Below the pieces are notes generated by a model. It was not told the origin of the DNA and made no database searches. It saw only the letters and a list, made by a program, of their open reading frames with translations. From Mobula hypostoma (lineage: Eukaryota), in assembly GCF_963921235.1 (NCBI RefSeq), contig NC_086097.1, positions 181,786,001-181,850,000 on the forward strand: a stretch of DNA of 64,000 bases, given 5' to 3'. The position numbers and the translations under genes are program-made. Within the stretch, counting starts at the first letter, position 1. Each line of letters begins with the position of its first letter. Of this stretch, positions 49,148-62,959 are shown one piece after another.

Positions 49148-50297
49148 CTTGAGACAGCTCACCCTGCTCTTCTTGGGTGCTGATATGATTGTCGCCTTTT
49201 TTTGAAGCAGTGGGTTGGCACTGATGGTGCTACATTATAACAGTGGGAACATCTGATTGCAGCAGTGAGAGACTGAAGATGTGTTTAAACACTCCCATCA
49301 GTTGGTTAGCACAGGTTTTCAGTGCTGTACTAGATACACCATCAGGGCCTGGCGCAATGCAAAGGTTTACCTTCGTGAAAGATGTTCTGACATCATCCTC
49401 TGAGATGAAAATTACAAGGTCACTAGATGCTGCATGGATTTGCACAGGTGTGGTTTTGTTCTCCCTTTCAAAATGTGCACAAAAGGAGTTTGAGTCATCT
49501 GGGAGTGAAGCATCACTGCCATTCAAGATGTTAGGTTTTGCCTTATAGGAAGTGATACCTTGCAAACTCTGCCAGAGCTGATGTGTATTCAATTCTATCT
49601 CTAATTTCAATTGGATTGTTTCTTTGCTCTTAAAATAGCCTTCTGTAGGTTAGACCTGGACTTTTTGTATAGTTCTGGATCACTGGTCTTCAATGCCATA
49701 AATCTAACCCTCAGAAGACTACAAATCTCCAGATTCATCCACTGGTATTGGTTTAGGTATATCTGGTACATTTTCATCACAACTCTGAACTGATTCTACA
49801 ACCTACAGACTCTCTTTTAAGGACTCATTACAATATATGATCTGATGTTCTCAGTAAATTTTTATTGCACAATTTGCATTTTGCACATTGCTCATTTGTC
49901 AGTGTTGATGTGTAGTTTTTCATATATTTTAGTATATTTATTTTCCTATAAATGTCTGCAAGAAAATGAATCTCAAGATTATAGTAACGTATACACACTT
50001 TGATAATAAATTTTACTTTGACTTGTATTTTTAGAATTCAAGAAGGATAGTCCCCTTGTATTATTTTGTACCCAAAGCAAACATTGATAGAAAGTTGATC
50101 AGAAAAATGACAGGAGAAATTTAATCCTCAAGAATGAAACAATGCACTTTGAAAAGTCATATAAGGGCGTATAGAGTATTTGGTAATTCCCTAAGAAACA
50201 AGTCTATAGATCTTTCTAAAGAAGTAGTAGTTTGATAATGGTAGTGAAGAAAAGCACATGGGATAATTGTCTTCATCTGCTGTGGCAGAGAGCTGGG

Positions 50298-50860
50298 ATA
50301 AGACCAAAAGATATGGGAGCAGAATTAGGCTATTTGGCCCTTTGAGTCTGCTCCTCATTTCATCATAACTGATCCGTTTCCCTCTCAACCCCATTCTCCT
50401 CTGACTAATCAAGAACCTATTAATCTCTGCCTTAAATGCACCCAGTGACCTGACCACAGGTGCCTGTGGCAAAAAATTCTACAGATTCACCATCCTCTGG
50501 CGAAAGAAATTCTTCCCCTTCTCTGTTCTGAATGGACATCCCTCTATTTTGAGGTTATGTCCTCTGGATCTAGACTCCCCCACCAGAGGAAATATCCTCT
50601 CCACATCCACTCTATCTAGTCCTTTCAAGATTAGATAAGTTTCCATGAGATTTCCACCCCTCGCCACTTCATTCTTCTAAATTCCAGTAAGTACAGGACC
50701 AGAGCCTTCAATTACTGCTCATATGATAACCCTTTCTTTCCTGGAATCATTCTCGTGAACCTCCTCTGAACCCTCTCCACAATGTTACCACATCCTTTCT
50801 AAAATAAGGGGCTCAGAACTGCTCACAGTTCTGCAAGTGAGGCCTCACTGATGCCTTTTA
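50298..50860 (-). mobile_element. CR1 3' fragment, same subfamily as 7335-7830
   Basis: Shares ACTAATCAAGAACCTATTAATCTCTGCCTTAAATGCACCCAGTGACCTGACC with the 7460-7510 region; LKGLDRVDVERIFP. Confidence 0.85.
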
Positions 50861-52139
50861 ATTGTAAGGAAAGTTTGATCAGATTGTTTTTTTGCTTTGG
50901 AATGGAGGAGGCTGAAGAGTGACCTTGTTGTGGTTTACAAAGTCAAAGGGTGGTAGATTGGAGTTTAGAACATGGTGGAAAGTCAAAGACCAGAATGAAT
51001 TGGTGTAAATGCAGTTAGGTTATTTAGAGGCAACCTGAGGAAGAAATTTTTCCACTCAGAGGGTACTAGAATCTGGAATACGCAGTCTGCGAGGTAGTTG
51101 AGACAGATACTCTTGCAACACTTGGGAAGCACCGAGGCAAACACTTGAATTGTTAAGGCATAGAAGGCTGAGGTGGTTGCAAAACTGGTTACGAAACATG
51201 CGTGGTGTGAACCATGTATGAAGGATATTGTTTGAAGAGTAATGGGACCTCGTTTATTCATTGAAAGAGGGCAAGGCCGGTTGAAAATGTAGTTAGCAGG
51301 ATTACACAATTGTTAGCTCTATCATAGTCATACAGCATGCAAACATTTTTTTGCCTACTATGACTATGCCTACCAAGTATTTAACTATAATCATATTTGC
51401 CAGTACTTGGTCTGTAACCAGTTTGCTTTGGAAATTCAAATGTTTGTGCAGATATTTCTTAAATTTTAAGATTAAAAGCATGGAGGATATAGGCAGGAAT
51501 ATTGGTCACTTCTAGTGGCATCATGATAGGAGGTATGTGAAACCATTAGCGAGGGGAAGCCTAGGAATGATTTGTGAGAATGGTTCCTGGGATGAAGGAC
51601 GTGTGTTACACACAGATTAGAGAGACTGGGGCTCTGTTTATCCCGTGAAGAGGAAAATTAAAGATTTTATGGAAGTTTATAAAATGATGAGGAACTTGGA
51701 GAGGGTGAAGGATGGGAGGCTTTCCAGTTTGGTGGATGGGTTGATGATAAGATAAGAGCACACAGATATAAAAGGGAAGAGATGAAGGATGACTGGAATT
51801 CACTGCCTGAAAATATGGTGGACACGGGTTCTGTTGTGATGTCAAAGAGGAAATTAGATAAATATTTAAGACCATAAGACATGGGAGCAGTATTAGGCCA
51901 TTTGGCCCATCATGTTGATGAGGAAAATCTGACAAGGCTATTGGAAATGGTCCAGGAGTGGGGTGGAACTACAAAGCCATCGCAGACATGATGGGTTGAA
52001 TGGCCTCCTCTGCATTAAGTATTCTATGGTTCTGACGTTTGGAGCTGAGCAGTGAGAATTTCTTTTTGTGAGTAGTGCTGCTGGGTAGCATAGGTGATAA
52101 CTCTTCCACTCTTTTGATGATTGCAATAGACTAGGTTAT

Positions 52140-52710
52140 TGGATTGAATTGACTTTATTTCTTACATCCTTCACATACATGAGGAAAAATCTTTACATTA
52201 CGTCTTCATCGAAATGTGCAATGTACAATCATAATAATGCATAATAAATGTGAACAGTCAATATAATATAGAAATACACTCAAATCAGCGTGAGTTAATC
52301 AGTCTGATGGCCTGGTCGAAGAAGCTGTCCCGGAACTTTTATGCTACAGTACCATTTCCCAGAAGGTTACAGCTGGAATAGATTGTGGTTTGGGTGACTC
52401 GGATCCCCAATGGTCCTTCGGGCCTGTTTCTCATACCTGTCTTTGAAAATTTCCTGAATCATGGGAAGTTCACAACTACAGAAGTGCTGGGCTGTCCGCA
52501 CTACATTGCGGAATCCTGCAGTTAAGGGAGGTACAGTTCCCCTACCAGGCATTGATGCAGCCAGTCAGGATGCTCTCAATTGTGCCCCTGTAGAAAGTTC
52601 TTAGGATTTGGGGGCCCATACCAAACTTCTTCAACTGTCTGAGGTGAAAGAGGCGCTATTGTGCCTTTTTCACCACACAGCTGGTGTGTACAGAGCACAT
52701 GAGGTCCTGT
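52140..52710 (-). mobile_element. Rex1/Babar 3' fragment, same subfamily as 39050-39340
   Basis: ARRTIGDPSHPNHNLFQL; RLFHLRQLKKFGMG; shared 3' UTR CTTACATCCTT..AATCTTTACATTACGTCT. Confidence 0.75.
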
Positions 52711-52911
52711 GATTGTCATATCACACAGAATTAGACCCTTCAGAACCAACTAAAATCCCCATCTAAGCAAGTCCCATTTGGCCAATATGCCTCAAAATCT
52801 TTCATATTTGTGTACCTGTCCAGGTGTCTTTAATTGACGTTTATGTGCTTGCCTCAACCATTCCCTCTGGTAGTTCATTCTATCAACTGACCACTCTCAG
52901 TGGAAAAAATT

Positions 52912-53030
52912 AGTCCTGACAAAGGGTCTTGGTCCGAAATGTCCACTGTACCTCTTCCTATAGATGCTGCCTGTGGCAATTTTTATGTGTGTTGCTTGAA
53001 ATTCCAGCATCTGCAGATTTCCTCGTGTTT
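52912..53030 (+). mobile_element. Penelope terminal copy with CpG-decayed hammerhead, inserted in a CR1
   Basis: AGTCCTGACAAAGGGTCTTGGTCCGAAATGTC; TSD GTGGAAAAAATT (52900-52911) / GCGGAAAAAATT (53031-53042). Confidence 0.75.
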
Positions 53031-54660
53031 GCGGAAAAAATTGTTCTTGGGTTCCTTTTAAGTCATTCCCCTCTCATTGTAAACCTATACCCTCGAGTTC
53101 TTGATTCTCCAATCCTGAGAAAAGACTGTGTGCATTCACCATCTATGGCCCTCATGATTTTGTACAACTTTATAAAATTACCCCTTTTTCTTCTGCATTC
53201 CAGTGAATAGAGACAGTCTACTCAACTTTGCTTCATTGTCCGAGTAGCATCTAATGCATCTTTCCTATAGCAGAGTGGCCAAAAGTGGGCACAATACTGA
53301 ATGTTCAGAGGTTGCTCTGTCCCCCATCTCTCTGGGTAGTAATGAATCAGGTTAGAATTGTTTCCAGTTTATAAAAATCAGAATTCTTGGGCAAATTTCC
53401 ACATTGTTGAGTAGTAGCTGGCTTCTGTAGGGCTGTGGCTGGTTCTGGAGCCCACTTTTGTACTGTTGGTGTGGTCTTGTGGGTGGTACAGTGGTTTACA
53501 TTACTATCTTACACCTCCAGGGACCCTGGTTCAATTTGGACCTTGGGTTCTAGGACTTGCCATGTTATTTTTGTAAACACTTGGGTTGTTATCGGGAACT
53601 CCTAGTTCTACCTCAAGACACGTCGGTAGAATGATTCCTACAAATTGCCTTTTGGGGAATTGATGGCCACATTAAGAATATATTTCAGACTGGAGACTAC
53701 AGATGCTAGAATCTGAAGCAAAAACAAACTGCTGGAGAAACACAGCAGGTCAAACAAACGTGGATGTGAAGGGGGTAGTCAGTGTTTCGGGTGGAGGCTT
53801 TGCATCAGGGCTGAGATTGTAGAGAGGAGGTGGCCAGTATGAAAAGCTGAGAGGGAAGGATGAGGCAGAGTCTGATAGGCAATAGAGGGATGACGGGCAG
53901 CAGTGCTGGGAAGGGAGGAGCGGAATTGGGAGTCACCTGTGGTCAATATAGATTAACTGGAGAGAGGGGAAAAATAACAAATGGAGTTAGGTGGGGAATT
54001 GAAAGACGGATGGAATTGGCGTGTTTGTTCACTGGGCTTCAGTAAGCCCCTGATATGCTGAATGGCTTTTTTGCATTGAGAAAATAGTCCATAGTCTTTG
54101 TAGTATCTTGATATTACCTGAAGTAAATGGAGTGACTGAAGATTATTTGCTTTGATGAGGTGGAGAGTGTCACAGGATGAAGTCAAAATGGATCATCTGC
54201 TTGACACTTCAAGCTAAATGATATTGGCAGGGTCCAGAATGTGAGTGCTATCTTTGAAGATGGGATGTCCTTGTAACTGCCTCCTCCTGTTAGCTCTTTA
54301 ATTGTTTACCAGTTATGATAAATTAAACATGATAGGATTGCTGGGCTTTGATTTGATCTATTGGTTATGAGATTGCTTTGCCCATATTTTTGCCTTTTAT
54401 TTTTGCTGTTTATCACATAATTTTTGTGGCAAGCCACATTATTGTCAAAGGTACCGATTACTTTGACAGCCAGCTGAAGCAACGATTAGCTGAGTTATGG
54501 TCTGTTGTATGTTGTCTTCCTTTCTCTGGACACTTTCTAATTAGTGGATATCAATGTAGGGTTTAACTCTGTGTGGTATTGCATTGACTGATTCTGACCA
54601 GGTGGGTTAATGCCATTTTAGGTGTATATTTTTGTGAAGTAGTTTCTAAAGCTGGCTATA

Positions 54661-55265
54661 CAGGTGTGTGCCGCTTAACGTCCATTCGGACAACGTCCGA
54701 TCGCATATACGTCCATAGTCCTGATGGGAGAACGTAACGTAGCGGACGTAACCAGTCTCGTGTATCACGCGTCTCTTGAGTGTAGTAGCGTTATCTCTCT
54801 GTTTAATTTTCTTTCGAAAGTATTACCGTAAAGTGCATCACGGCTTCCAAAGGCAGCAAAACCATTCCTACTGATAGCAGCAGCAAGAAGCAAAGGAAAA
54901 GTATTGATTTGTAAGTGAAACAAAAGGTTATTAAACAATATGAAGGTGGAAAACCAGTGAATGCTATTGCTCGGGATTTAGACATGTCGCACTCAACAAT
55001 CACGACAATCCTGAAAAATAAAGAAAAAATTCTCAAAGCTGTTAAAAGATCGGCTTCACTGAAAACTACAAAGCTCACGAAAATGAGAGAGTGACCTACA
55101 TCGGATATGGAGAAATTGCTAATGACATGGATTTAGTCAATACAGGTACACTACAGTACTCCATGTAGGTTTGCTAAGTATTTAATATAGTGTTTGCACA
55201 ACGTCCAAATCACATAACATCAGATTTCACAGAACGTATTGTGGACGTTAAGTGACGCATACCTG
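54661..55265 (+). mobile_element. Non-autonomous Tigger-type element
   Basis: TA TSDs; 24-bp TIRs CAGGTGTGTGCCGCTTAACGTCCA / rc CAGGTATGCGTCACTTAACGTCCA; CENP-B-type HTH remnant KPVNAIARDLDMSHSTITTILKNKEKI..DMEKLLMTWI. Confidence 0.9.
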
Positions 55266-56269
55266 TACTTAGGATTGATACACATTTATTCCCAAGATGA
55301 GGAAGCTGCCCTTCAAAGATGGAATGAGTAAAATGGCCACACAATTCAGGCAACTTGGATTTCTCCCTGACCTTGGTGGCTGTATTCTTCCTGAGATCTT
55401 GTAGATTTCCGTGGGTTGTTCCAGATTCCTTCTGTGTGCTGGCTAATTGGCTGCAGAAAATTGCCTCTGGTATTGGTGGGTAAGAGTATTTTGGGTGTGT
55501 GGGTGTGGCTATGGGGGGGGGGAAGAGTTTTTGGGTGCCAGTAAGACTGAATTACAGGGAAATAAGTGGGGCATGGGACTAAAAGGAATACTTTGATACC
55601 TGGAACAGACTAAAGACTAGTCTACTATGCTGTTTTTTTTAAAAAAGGAAATAACTACAATATGGTAGAAGTTTGGTCCCATTGCAGAGTTTCGACCTGA
55701 AACATTGGCAGTTTCTTCCACAGATGCTCTAAATTTGCTGAGTTCCTCCAGTAGATGGTTTGCTTAATATGGTTGAAGTTGCTGCTTGTATTTCACCAAG
55801 CATCTTCCTGTAAAATATTTGACCATGTGGTTTTTTTTAGTTTAGTCTGATCTTTTGAAGGATTGACAGTCACTGTAGATCAGTTCAAAAGGACAAAATT
55901 TGGGTAATTACCTTGTTTATCACCCTTCATTATTCTAGGAATACCAGGAGAAACTACTATTACGATTGTGCAGTGACAACAGCATGACACACTTGGAATA
56001 AAATACATGTCTGTGACGGTGCACTGAATTTTTCTTTTACCAGTCCAGCTCTGTATTTAAAAGCCCAAAGCAACCCAATTTCTTGTTGTATCAATGAATT
56101 CAATTGCTTATTCATTATTTGCTTCAGATGTTCAGGGGTCTCTGCGTTGGAGAATCTGTATTTAATGATGCAATTTAACACAGGGCAATTCAGTCACCTA
56201 TTTTAGTTTCTATCAGTTTATCTCTAAGAGAATAACATTAAATCTTTTTAAGTACATGAGTAATAGGGA

Positions 56270-56730
56270 AAACTTGAACATGGAACAATACTGCATAGTA
56301 CAGGCAATTCAGCCCGCTGTGTTGTGCTGACCTTTTACTCTCTTAACACCAGGCCCATTAGTGTGTTCCACACACCCACAACTCTACCTCTGACATTCAC
56401 CCTTTGCTTTCCTCCAGTCATCTTTAAATTATATTGTATCAGCCATTGCTGCCCTGGGAAAAAGTCTCTGGCTGTCCACTCTATCTCTGCCCCTTATCAT
56501 CTTATATACCTCTATCAAGTCGCCTTCATCCTCCTTCACTCCAAAGAGAAAAATCCTAGCTCGCTCAACCTATCCTCCTAAGGCATGCTCTCTAATCTAG
56601 GCAGCATCCTGGAAAACCTCCTTTGCACCCTTTCTAAAGCTTCCACAACTTTCCTATAATGAGGGCACCAAAACTGAGCACAATATTCCAAGTAAGTTCT
56701 AACCAGAGTTTTATGGTGCCATAACATTAC
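56270..56730 (-). mobile_element. CR1 3' fragment
   Basis: LEYCAQFWCPHYRKVVEALERVQRRFSRMLP..ERLSELGFFSLE remnants. Confidence 0.8.
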
Positions 56731-59700
56731 TTTGTAATGAAGTTAACTGTGAGTGGTGCAGATGGAAAGCAACATGAGTGGAACTGACATGAGTGACCTT
56801 GAGGTCAGGATGAAAAGAGAAATTAAACTTCCTGCGAAAGCTTTAGCAAATAGAATCAAAAGTTCTCAAAAGCAATATAAAAAAATGTGAGCAAATATTT
56901 AATACCATCAATTAAATGTCTTATGGGAGATGAGGAAAATGCCTTGCAAGTGTAGTCTCAACTTAAAGACTTGATCTCCATGAAGCTGTTGCTGAGCTAC
57001 ACCATGTGTTGTTTTTAATTTCAGGGTCAGAACAAGATAAACTAACTTCAAGTTTTGCAGATATTGAAACCCTTAGAAATTCAGTCACAGGGATACTGAA
57101 GCAAACGTGATATTGAAGGTCATGTTGTTGAAACAAGTGAAAATGTTTCTCAAATTCCAAAGCCTGTTTTGACTCTGCACAAAGCTGAGAATCCACAGGG
57201 TGATATACACCCGAGCAACAGTGTGCCAAATGTGCATACTCCAAGTTCTAAGTAAATTCTGTATCTAATACCTCCGCTTCATGCATTAAAATGGGCGCTA
57301 ATTTAGCTGCATTAATTACATGGCAACACTTATCGAAGGATAAACATGCATCGGAATAGCAAGAGGAACAGACACATGAACAGCTTTGGAGAAGGAAGGA
57401 GCAACCCCATCACTGAGTTGTGCCAATTTTGCTCTTCGGAAATGCGCAGCAGACAATGAAGAACAGTTCAGCCTTGAGATGGCAGATAAAGTTTTGCGTT
57501 GTTTCATTGCTTTGTGTCAGTGTCCTCTAAGGAAGAAGCGGTGTCTCTCTATCATGACCTCGTGTCCATCTGTGCCAAAGGTGGCTTTCGATTCATAAAG
57601 TAATTAAGCAAGTGTGCTATCTGTGATACCAAAAGAGCAAAGAGTGAAAGACATGAAGGATTTCGATTTGGATCAGGGTATTCCTTTGGTGGAGAGAGTG
57701 CTGGGTACACAATGAATGGTGCATTCAGTCTGATACTTTCAAGTTTAAGATCATGATCTAAGACAGACCACTTACCAGAAGGGGGACCCTCTCCACAATT
57801 AGTTCCATTTATGATCCCTTTGGAATCTTGAGTCTGGTGGTGTTATCTGCTAAGACGACACTTTATGTAAGAAAGGGCTTGGCTGGGATGATGGTATACC
57901 AACATTAGTTGCTCATCAGTGGACAAGCTGGCTGGAAGAACTCTTCCAGTTGGAAGACTTCAAGATTGTTAGTTGCTTGAAACTGGATTTTGGAGGAGTT
58001 ACTCCTGCACAGTTACACCACTTTACAGACGCAAGTGAAGATGGCCACGGAGCAGTGACCTACCTATTGTTGCATGGCACATGTTCTCAGGTGCACAGTG
58101 CTTTTATCATGGGAAAATCAAGGGGATCCCCGTCGAAGTTGGTTTCTATTTCTTGTATGGAGCTCATCACTGCTACGAAGACACATTGTTGAGGAAGGAG
58201 TTGCGCATACAGCTTCATGTCGAAGTATTTTTGGACTTATAGTACTTCTCTGTTGAAGTATATCAAGCATGAAACTTCCAGGTTTCAAACCTTCCTTGCA
58301 AACAAAATCTTAAGGTCCACAAGCACCTAAACGGAGATTGGTAAATACTTAAAGCAACCTGGCAGATGTTACCTCTAGGGGGCTGAAGGTGAAAGCATTC
58401 CTGAAGAAGAAGACTTGGATGTCAGGGCCTCAGTATCTTCAGCCTAAGAGGGAATGGCCTGTGAATCCTGATTGTTCTGGAGAATTTCTGCTAGATGATC
58501 CAGAAGTCAAGGGTATTGTTATGATCATTGCCATGCAGGTAGAAGAGGAACTGGATGAGGTAATATGTATAATCCATCTCTTCTCATCTTGGACCTGTTT
58601 GAGGAACACAGTGGCTTGGATTCTTAGATTTAAAAGCCTGCTCTTATTTCTTAGTCAGAAGAGGAAGTAATTGAATATCATTCTTGCTTAGTCTGACTTG
58701 AATAAAGAGCAACAAGAGTACTCTTTGGAGAGAGATTGAGAAGGCCAAGGGTCAGATTGGCCGAGATTGTCTTGGAGGATCTTAGAAAAGCTGAAAGGGA
58801 GATGGTTGGTTTTTGCCGAAGAAAGAAATTTCCAGATGAGTTCTTGAGTTTGCAAAGGGGAGAAAGTGTGCAAAGAAACAGTCATATTTTCAAGCTCAAT
58901 CTGGTATTTAAAAGATGGTGTCTTAAGAGTTGGCGGACAGCTTAGTAGGGCAGCCTGAAGAGTCTAAACATCCTGTTATACAACCGAAGGGTCTTCATAT
59001 CTCAGACCTCATTCTGAGGCATGCGCATCAAGAGGTGGGACATGGTGACCATAACCACATGTTGTCTAGGTTGTGCCAAAAATACTGGATTCCTGGTGCT
59101 AGTACAGCTATAAGAAGAATCCAGTCTAAGTAGGTTGTTTGTCGATGGTTACATGCATCTCCAGGTTGTCAGCACGTGGTGGATCTACCTCTGGATAGGG
59201 TCTCTCCAAATGAACCTCCGATTACCCTTGCAGGAGTTGACTACTTCGGATCTTTTGAGGTGAAAAGCAGAAGAAATACAGTGAAGAAGTAAAGGTTCAT
59301 ATTTATGTGTCCAGCTATATGCGCTGTTCACATTGAAATCACATCTTCTTTGGGCATAGATTCCTTTATTAATAAACTTCAGCATTTTATAGCAAGATGA
59401 GGACAGATTCATGAACTACACTCTGAGAATGTGACAAACTTTGTTGGAGCTGAGCGTGAGTTGAGAGAAACCATTGAGAAGTGGAATCATTCATGGATGA
59501 GCGATGCCCTTCTTCAGAAAGAAATTAAGTGGTTTTTTAACCCTTCCCCTCCCCGGTTGGTTCACATTATGGAGGAACATGGGAGAGGTTGTAAGAAAGG
59601 TTTCAGTTCTACCATGAAGGTGCAGAATCTTAATGAAGAGCGTTTTGCACAATTCTTTGTTAAATAGAATATATTTTCAATGGTTGTCCAATTGCTAAGG

Positions 59701-60131
59701 GACCATCTGATCCCAGTGATTTGGAAGTGTTAACATCTAGCCATCTGTTGCTTCTGAAGACTCATCATCCTTACCAACTGGGAGAGTTCCAAACGGAAGA
59801 TGTTTATACTCATTGTAGATAGAAGTAAATCAACTACACGTCAAACTTGTCTTCGTAATGGTTGGTCAAGGGGTATTTACCACAGCTACAGGAATCTTAG
59901 AAATGGTCAGGTATAAGACGCAATTTCCTGTGTTGATAACACAGTGTCTCAACTCATGGATCGTTAGTTAGGAAAGTTATTCTAGTCTTTCCAGACAGTA
60001 GAGGATTTGCGCAGCAGGTACACATCAAGACCAAGACCAGCTGTCTAGATAGGCCTATAACCAAGATCTGTCCTCTACAGGAAGCAGAGGTTTGAGGTGC
60101 TACAGCTCTAGAAGCTTCATGATTTTGACTT

Positions 60132-60224
60132 AAACACAAAATAATCTGCAGATGCTGGGGTCAAAGCAACACTCACAACACGCTGGAGGAACTCAGCAGC
60201 ACAACAGCGTGTTGTGAGTGTTGC
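60132..60224. mobile_element. Penelope-terminus fold-back mini-insertion (second subfamily)
   Basis: AATCTGCAGATGCTGGGG start; perfect 20-bp arms 60166-60185 and 60205-60224; 14-bp TSD CATGATTTTGACTT / CATGATCTTGACTT. Confidence 0.8.
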
Positions 60225-60423
60225 CATGATCTTGACTTGACTTGCTGACTTAACAGAGTGATGGTAAAGATCACTCTGCACTGGGCTAAGTGCTGGTAAC
60301 CGCTAGCTTAGATGAGTGTTGCAAGACTTGTCTGGAAGAAGGAGGAAGAGGACATTTGTATGAACGTTAAGATTTCATGTCTCCTATTTTTTCAGTAGTA
60401 TGTAGTTGATTATGGGGCTAGAA

Positions 60424-60898
60424 TGTAGGAGCCATGTATCTATTTTCTATCTGTCTATTGTATTTTGTGTTGTGCGTTTATTATGGGTAATTTGTCATGT
60501 GGGTTGTGGCGTGGTAGAAGTGAAGAGTATAGTTATGTATTCATGCTTTGTCTTTAGTTCATTTTTAGTCTGGTTAAAGTTAGAGGCAGCTGGAAGTGAT
60601 TTTATTTTGTTGACTGCTTTGCTTGGTTACTTTTTGCTTTGTTTATCTTTTAAATACGTTTAAGAATGCTTGGCTTAAGTACCTTTGAATATGCTTAGAC
60701 TGCTAATTTTGTTACATCATTAGTTTAGTTTCATTAGTTTTATTATTACAAGATAGTTTGTCTCTGCTGGTTTCTCAATAAAGAATTGAATCTACTTTCT
60801 TTGACTTTAGAACTTCATTATTTGGAGACTGTGTCACGGTGTCAGTTTCCTGTGCTTGTCTCCGAGCAGTTTTAGTTTGTTTGAAAGTAACCGCTGCA
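60424..60898 (+). repeat. Putative 3' LTR of the BEL/Pao element
   Basis: Purine-rich GGGGCTAGAA then TGTAGG start; AATAAA near 60777; ends ..CTGCA before a CR1; no second LTR for confirmation. Confidence 0.5.
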
Positions 60899-61240
60899 AG
60901 GGGTATAGATTGGGTGAATGCATGCAGGCTTTTCCCTCTTACATTGGGTGAGACTAAAACTAGATATCATAGGCTTAGGATGCTAGATGAAACATTCAAG
61001 GGGAATATATCAAGGGAAAGCTCTTTACTCTGAGGGTGATGTGAGTATGGAACGAGCTGCCTTTGGAAGTGGTAGATTCAGGTTCAGTTATAACATTTGA
61101 TGGAAGTTTGGATAGGTATATGGATGGGGTTTGGAGGGTTATGCTCTGGATGCAGGTAACTGGGACTAGGCAGATGATTGGGTCAGCATGGAATGGGTGG
61201 GCTGAAGAACCTGTGCTCATGGTACAATACTCTATGGACG
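60899..61240 (+). mobile_element. CR1 3' fragment
   Basis: RGIDWVNACRLFPL..ETKTRYH, TFDGSLDRYMD. Confidence 0.75.
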
Positions 61241-61479
61241 AGTAATAGCCTGTTGGAATAACTGTTTTGTATCCTTAACCACACACTGAGTTGTTGGGGC
61301 ATACATATAGGTGGGAGAATAGGGCAGTTATAAGTACATAGTTTGGAGGAAACGTTGATCATATTTGTGAGGAACAATGGTAAATAGGCAGGAAATATGT
61401 ACTCGGATCATCAAGAGTGCAGCCTTGTAAAATTTAGTCTTCCGAGTAATCATTGAGACTTCACTCGGCTGCAAGAATG

Positions 61480-62765
61480 GATTAGATGAGATTAGTTTAT
61501 TGTCATATACATCGGGGTGCAATGAAATTCCTGGTTTGCTTGTAGCTCACTGAGTAAACTGTGTACATGGTAATAATAAGTACAGTATTGAGCAAGAAAA
61601 CAGTATGGTGTAAAGATTGTAGTGCAACCTGAAGAAGTGTAACAAAAATGTACTGAAGTCACAATAGTCTAATAACAGAGTTAAGAATCTGAGAATGTTG
61701 CAGCACCACCATGAAGGGGATGTAAATGAGAACTGGATCTGTTCAGGAGTCTGATAGCAGTAGGGAAGAAGCTGTTCTTGAGTCTGGTTGTCCAGGCTTT
61801 CAAGCTCCTGTACCTTCTCCCAGAAGGTAGAGGAGAGAAAAGTGAATTGGCCAGGGTGGTGGGAAGGCGTCTGTGATACCATTAATGCTTCAAGAAGGTG
61901 GACTGAGTGGAAGGAAGTGCTAATGTGAGGGACTTGGGCTGTGTTTGTTATTTTTTGGAAACTTAGATACTCGAGCAGAACAGATGATGCAATGCTGATA
62001 TATAACTTTCTGTAGTGCATCTACAGGATTTTGAGAGAATCCTTGGGGACGGACAGAATCTTAACAGTTGCCAAAGAAAGTGATAATGCTGTTGCACTTC
62101 TTGATCACTGTGTTGGTGTGAAGGGACCAGATGAAATTGCTGGTGATATGGATTCCAGAGAACTTGAATTTTTGACCTCTCCAGCAGCTCAGTTGATGAG
62201 GATGGAGTTGTGTACAGCCCTCACTTCCTTCGATCAACAACCAGCTGTTTCATCTTGCTGATGCAAAGGATTGGTTTGTTCTGGATACAAAGTTTATGAT
62301 CTTTTTCTTGTACTCCATCGCATCATTGTTGATCTGGCCAATGACAGTGATGAACTTAAAGATCAAAGTGCTGTTTCTGGCCACAAAGTCATGGGTATGC
62401 AGGGAGCAGAGCAGCGGATTGAGCACAACTTGAGGATCTCTAGTATTGAGGAGCAATGTGAATGAAATGTTATGACCAATTCTAACTGAGGTTTGCCGGT
62501 CAGAAGTCAAGAAGCCAGTTGGAGATGGGGGCCTCCAAGGCCAAGGTTGAAGAGTTTTAAAATGAGCTTATTAGGTTTAATAGTGTTGAAGGCTGAGCTG
62601 TAGTCAATGATTAGGGTCCCGACAAATAGATTCCTGTTGTCTTGGTGATCCATAGCTGACAACAGTGCAAGGACAGTGGCATCTTCCACAGATCTATTTT
62701 TCTTGCAAGCAAATTGCAAGGGGTCAATATTGTATGGGAGGCTGGTGCTGATGTGGACCATGAGT
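61480..62765 (-). mobile_element. Rex1/Babar RT and 3' fragment
   Basis: [49 protein letters not shown]. Confidence 0.8.
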
Positions 62766-62959
62766 AATCATTCCCTAAGGGTTTCCTCCTGATAGTCCAA
62801 AATTACATCATCAGTCCTTAACAGAAATCATGTATTGCAAGTTAAAAACAAACTAATACCTTCAGGTAGATCGTGTTGTTTCATAGTTGAACATATTTAT
62901 CCAGGGCTTAGACATACTGGAGGATCCCACTGTCAGAGTGAAATATTTAAGAGGAACCC

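Larger units (their letters stand above)
46343..49790 (-). mobile_element. Rex1/Babar LINE interrupted by two Tigger-type insertions
   Basis: Tail AATCAGAATCAG at about 46343; body 46975-47970 (FKLLGVISEDLSWAQH); resumes at 49148 with APGPDGVSSTALKTCANQL, LWQSLQGITSYK. Confidence 0.8.
56735..60898 (+). mobile_element. Decayed, internally deleted BEL/Pao LTR retrotransposon
   Basis: GAT.SLSCANFALRKCA, LSTISSIYDPFG, LGWDDGIP, QLHHFTDASEDGHGAVTYL (Pao RNase H-like), HPVIQPK..ILRHAHQEVGH (integrase Zn finger), GVDYFG, TNFVGA, TKTSCLDRPITKICPL; no 5' LTR seen. Confidence 0.88.

Noticed and set aside
52912..52950. Additional active hammerheads (also near 11700, 36165, 42835 and 55695)
   Set aside because: Core nucleotides are mutated (for example CTGACAA, TTAATGA, GTAAC), so they are unlikely to be catalytic.
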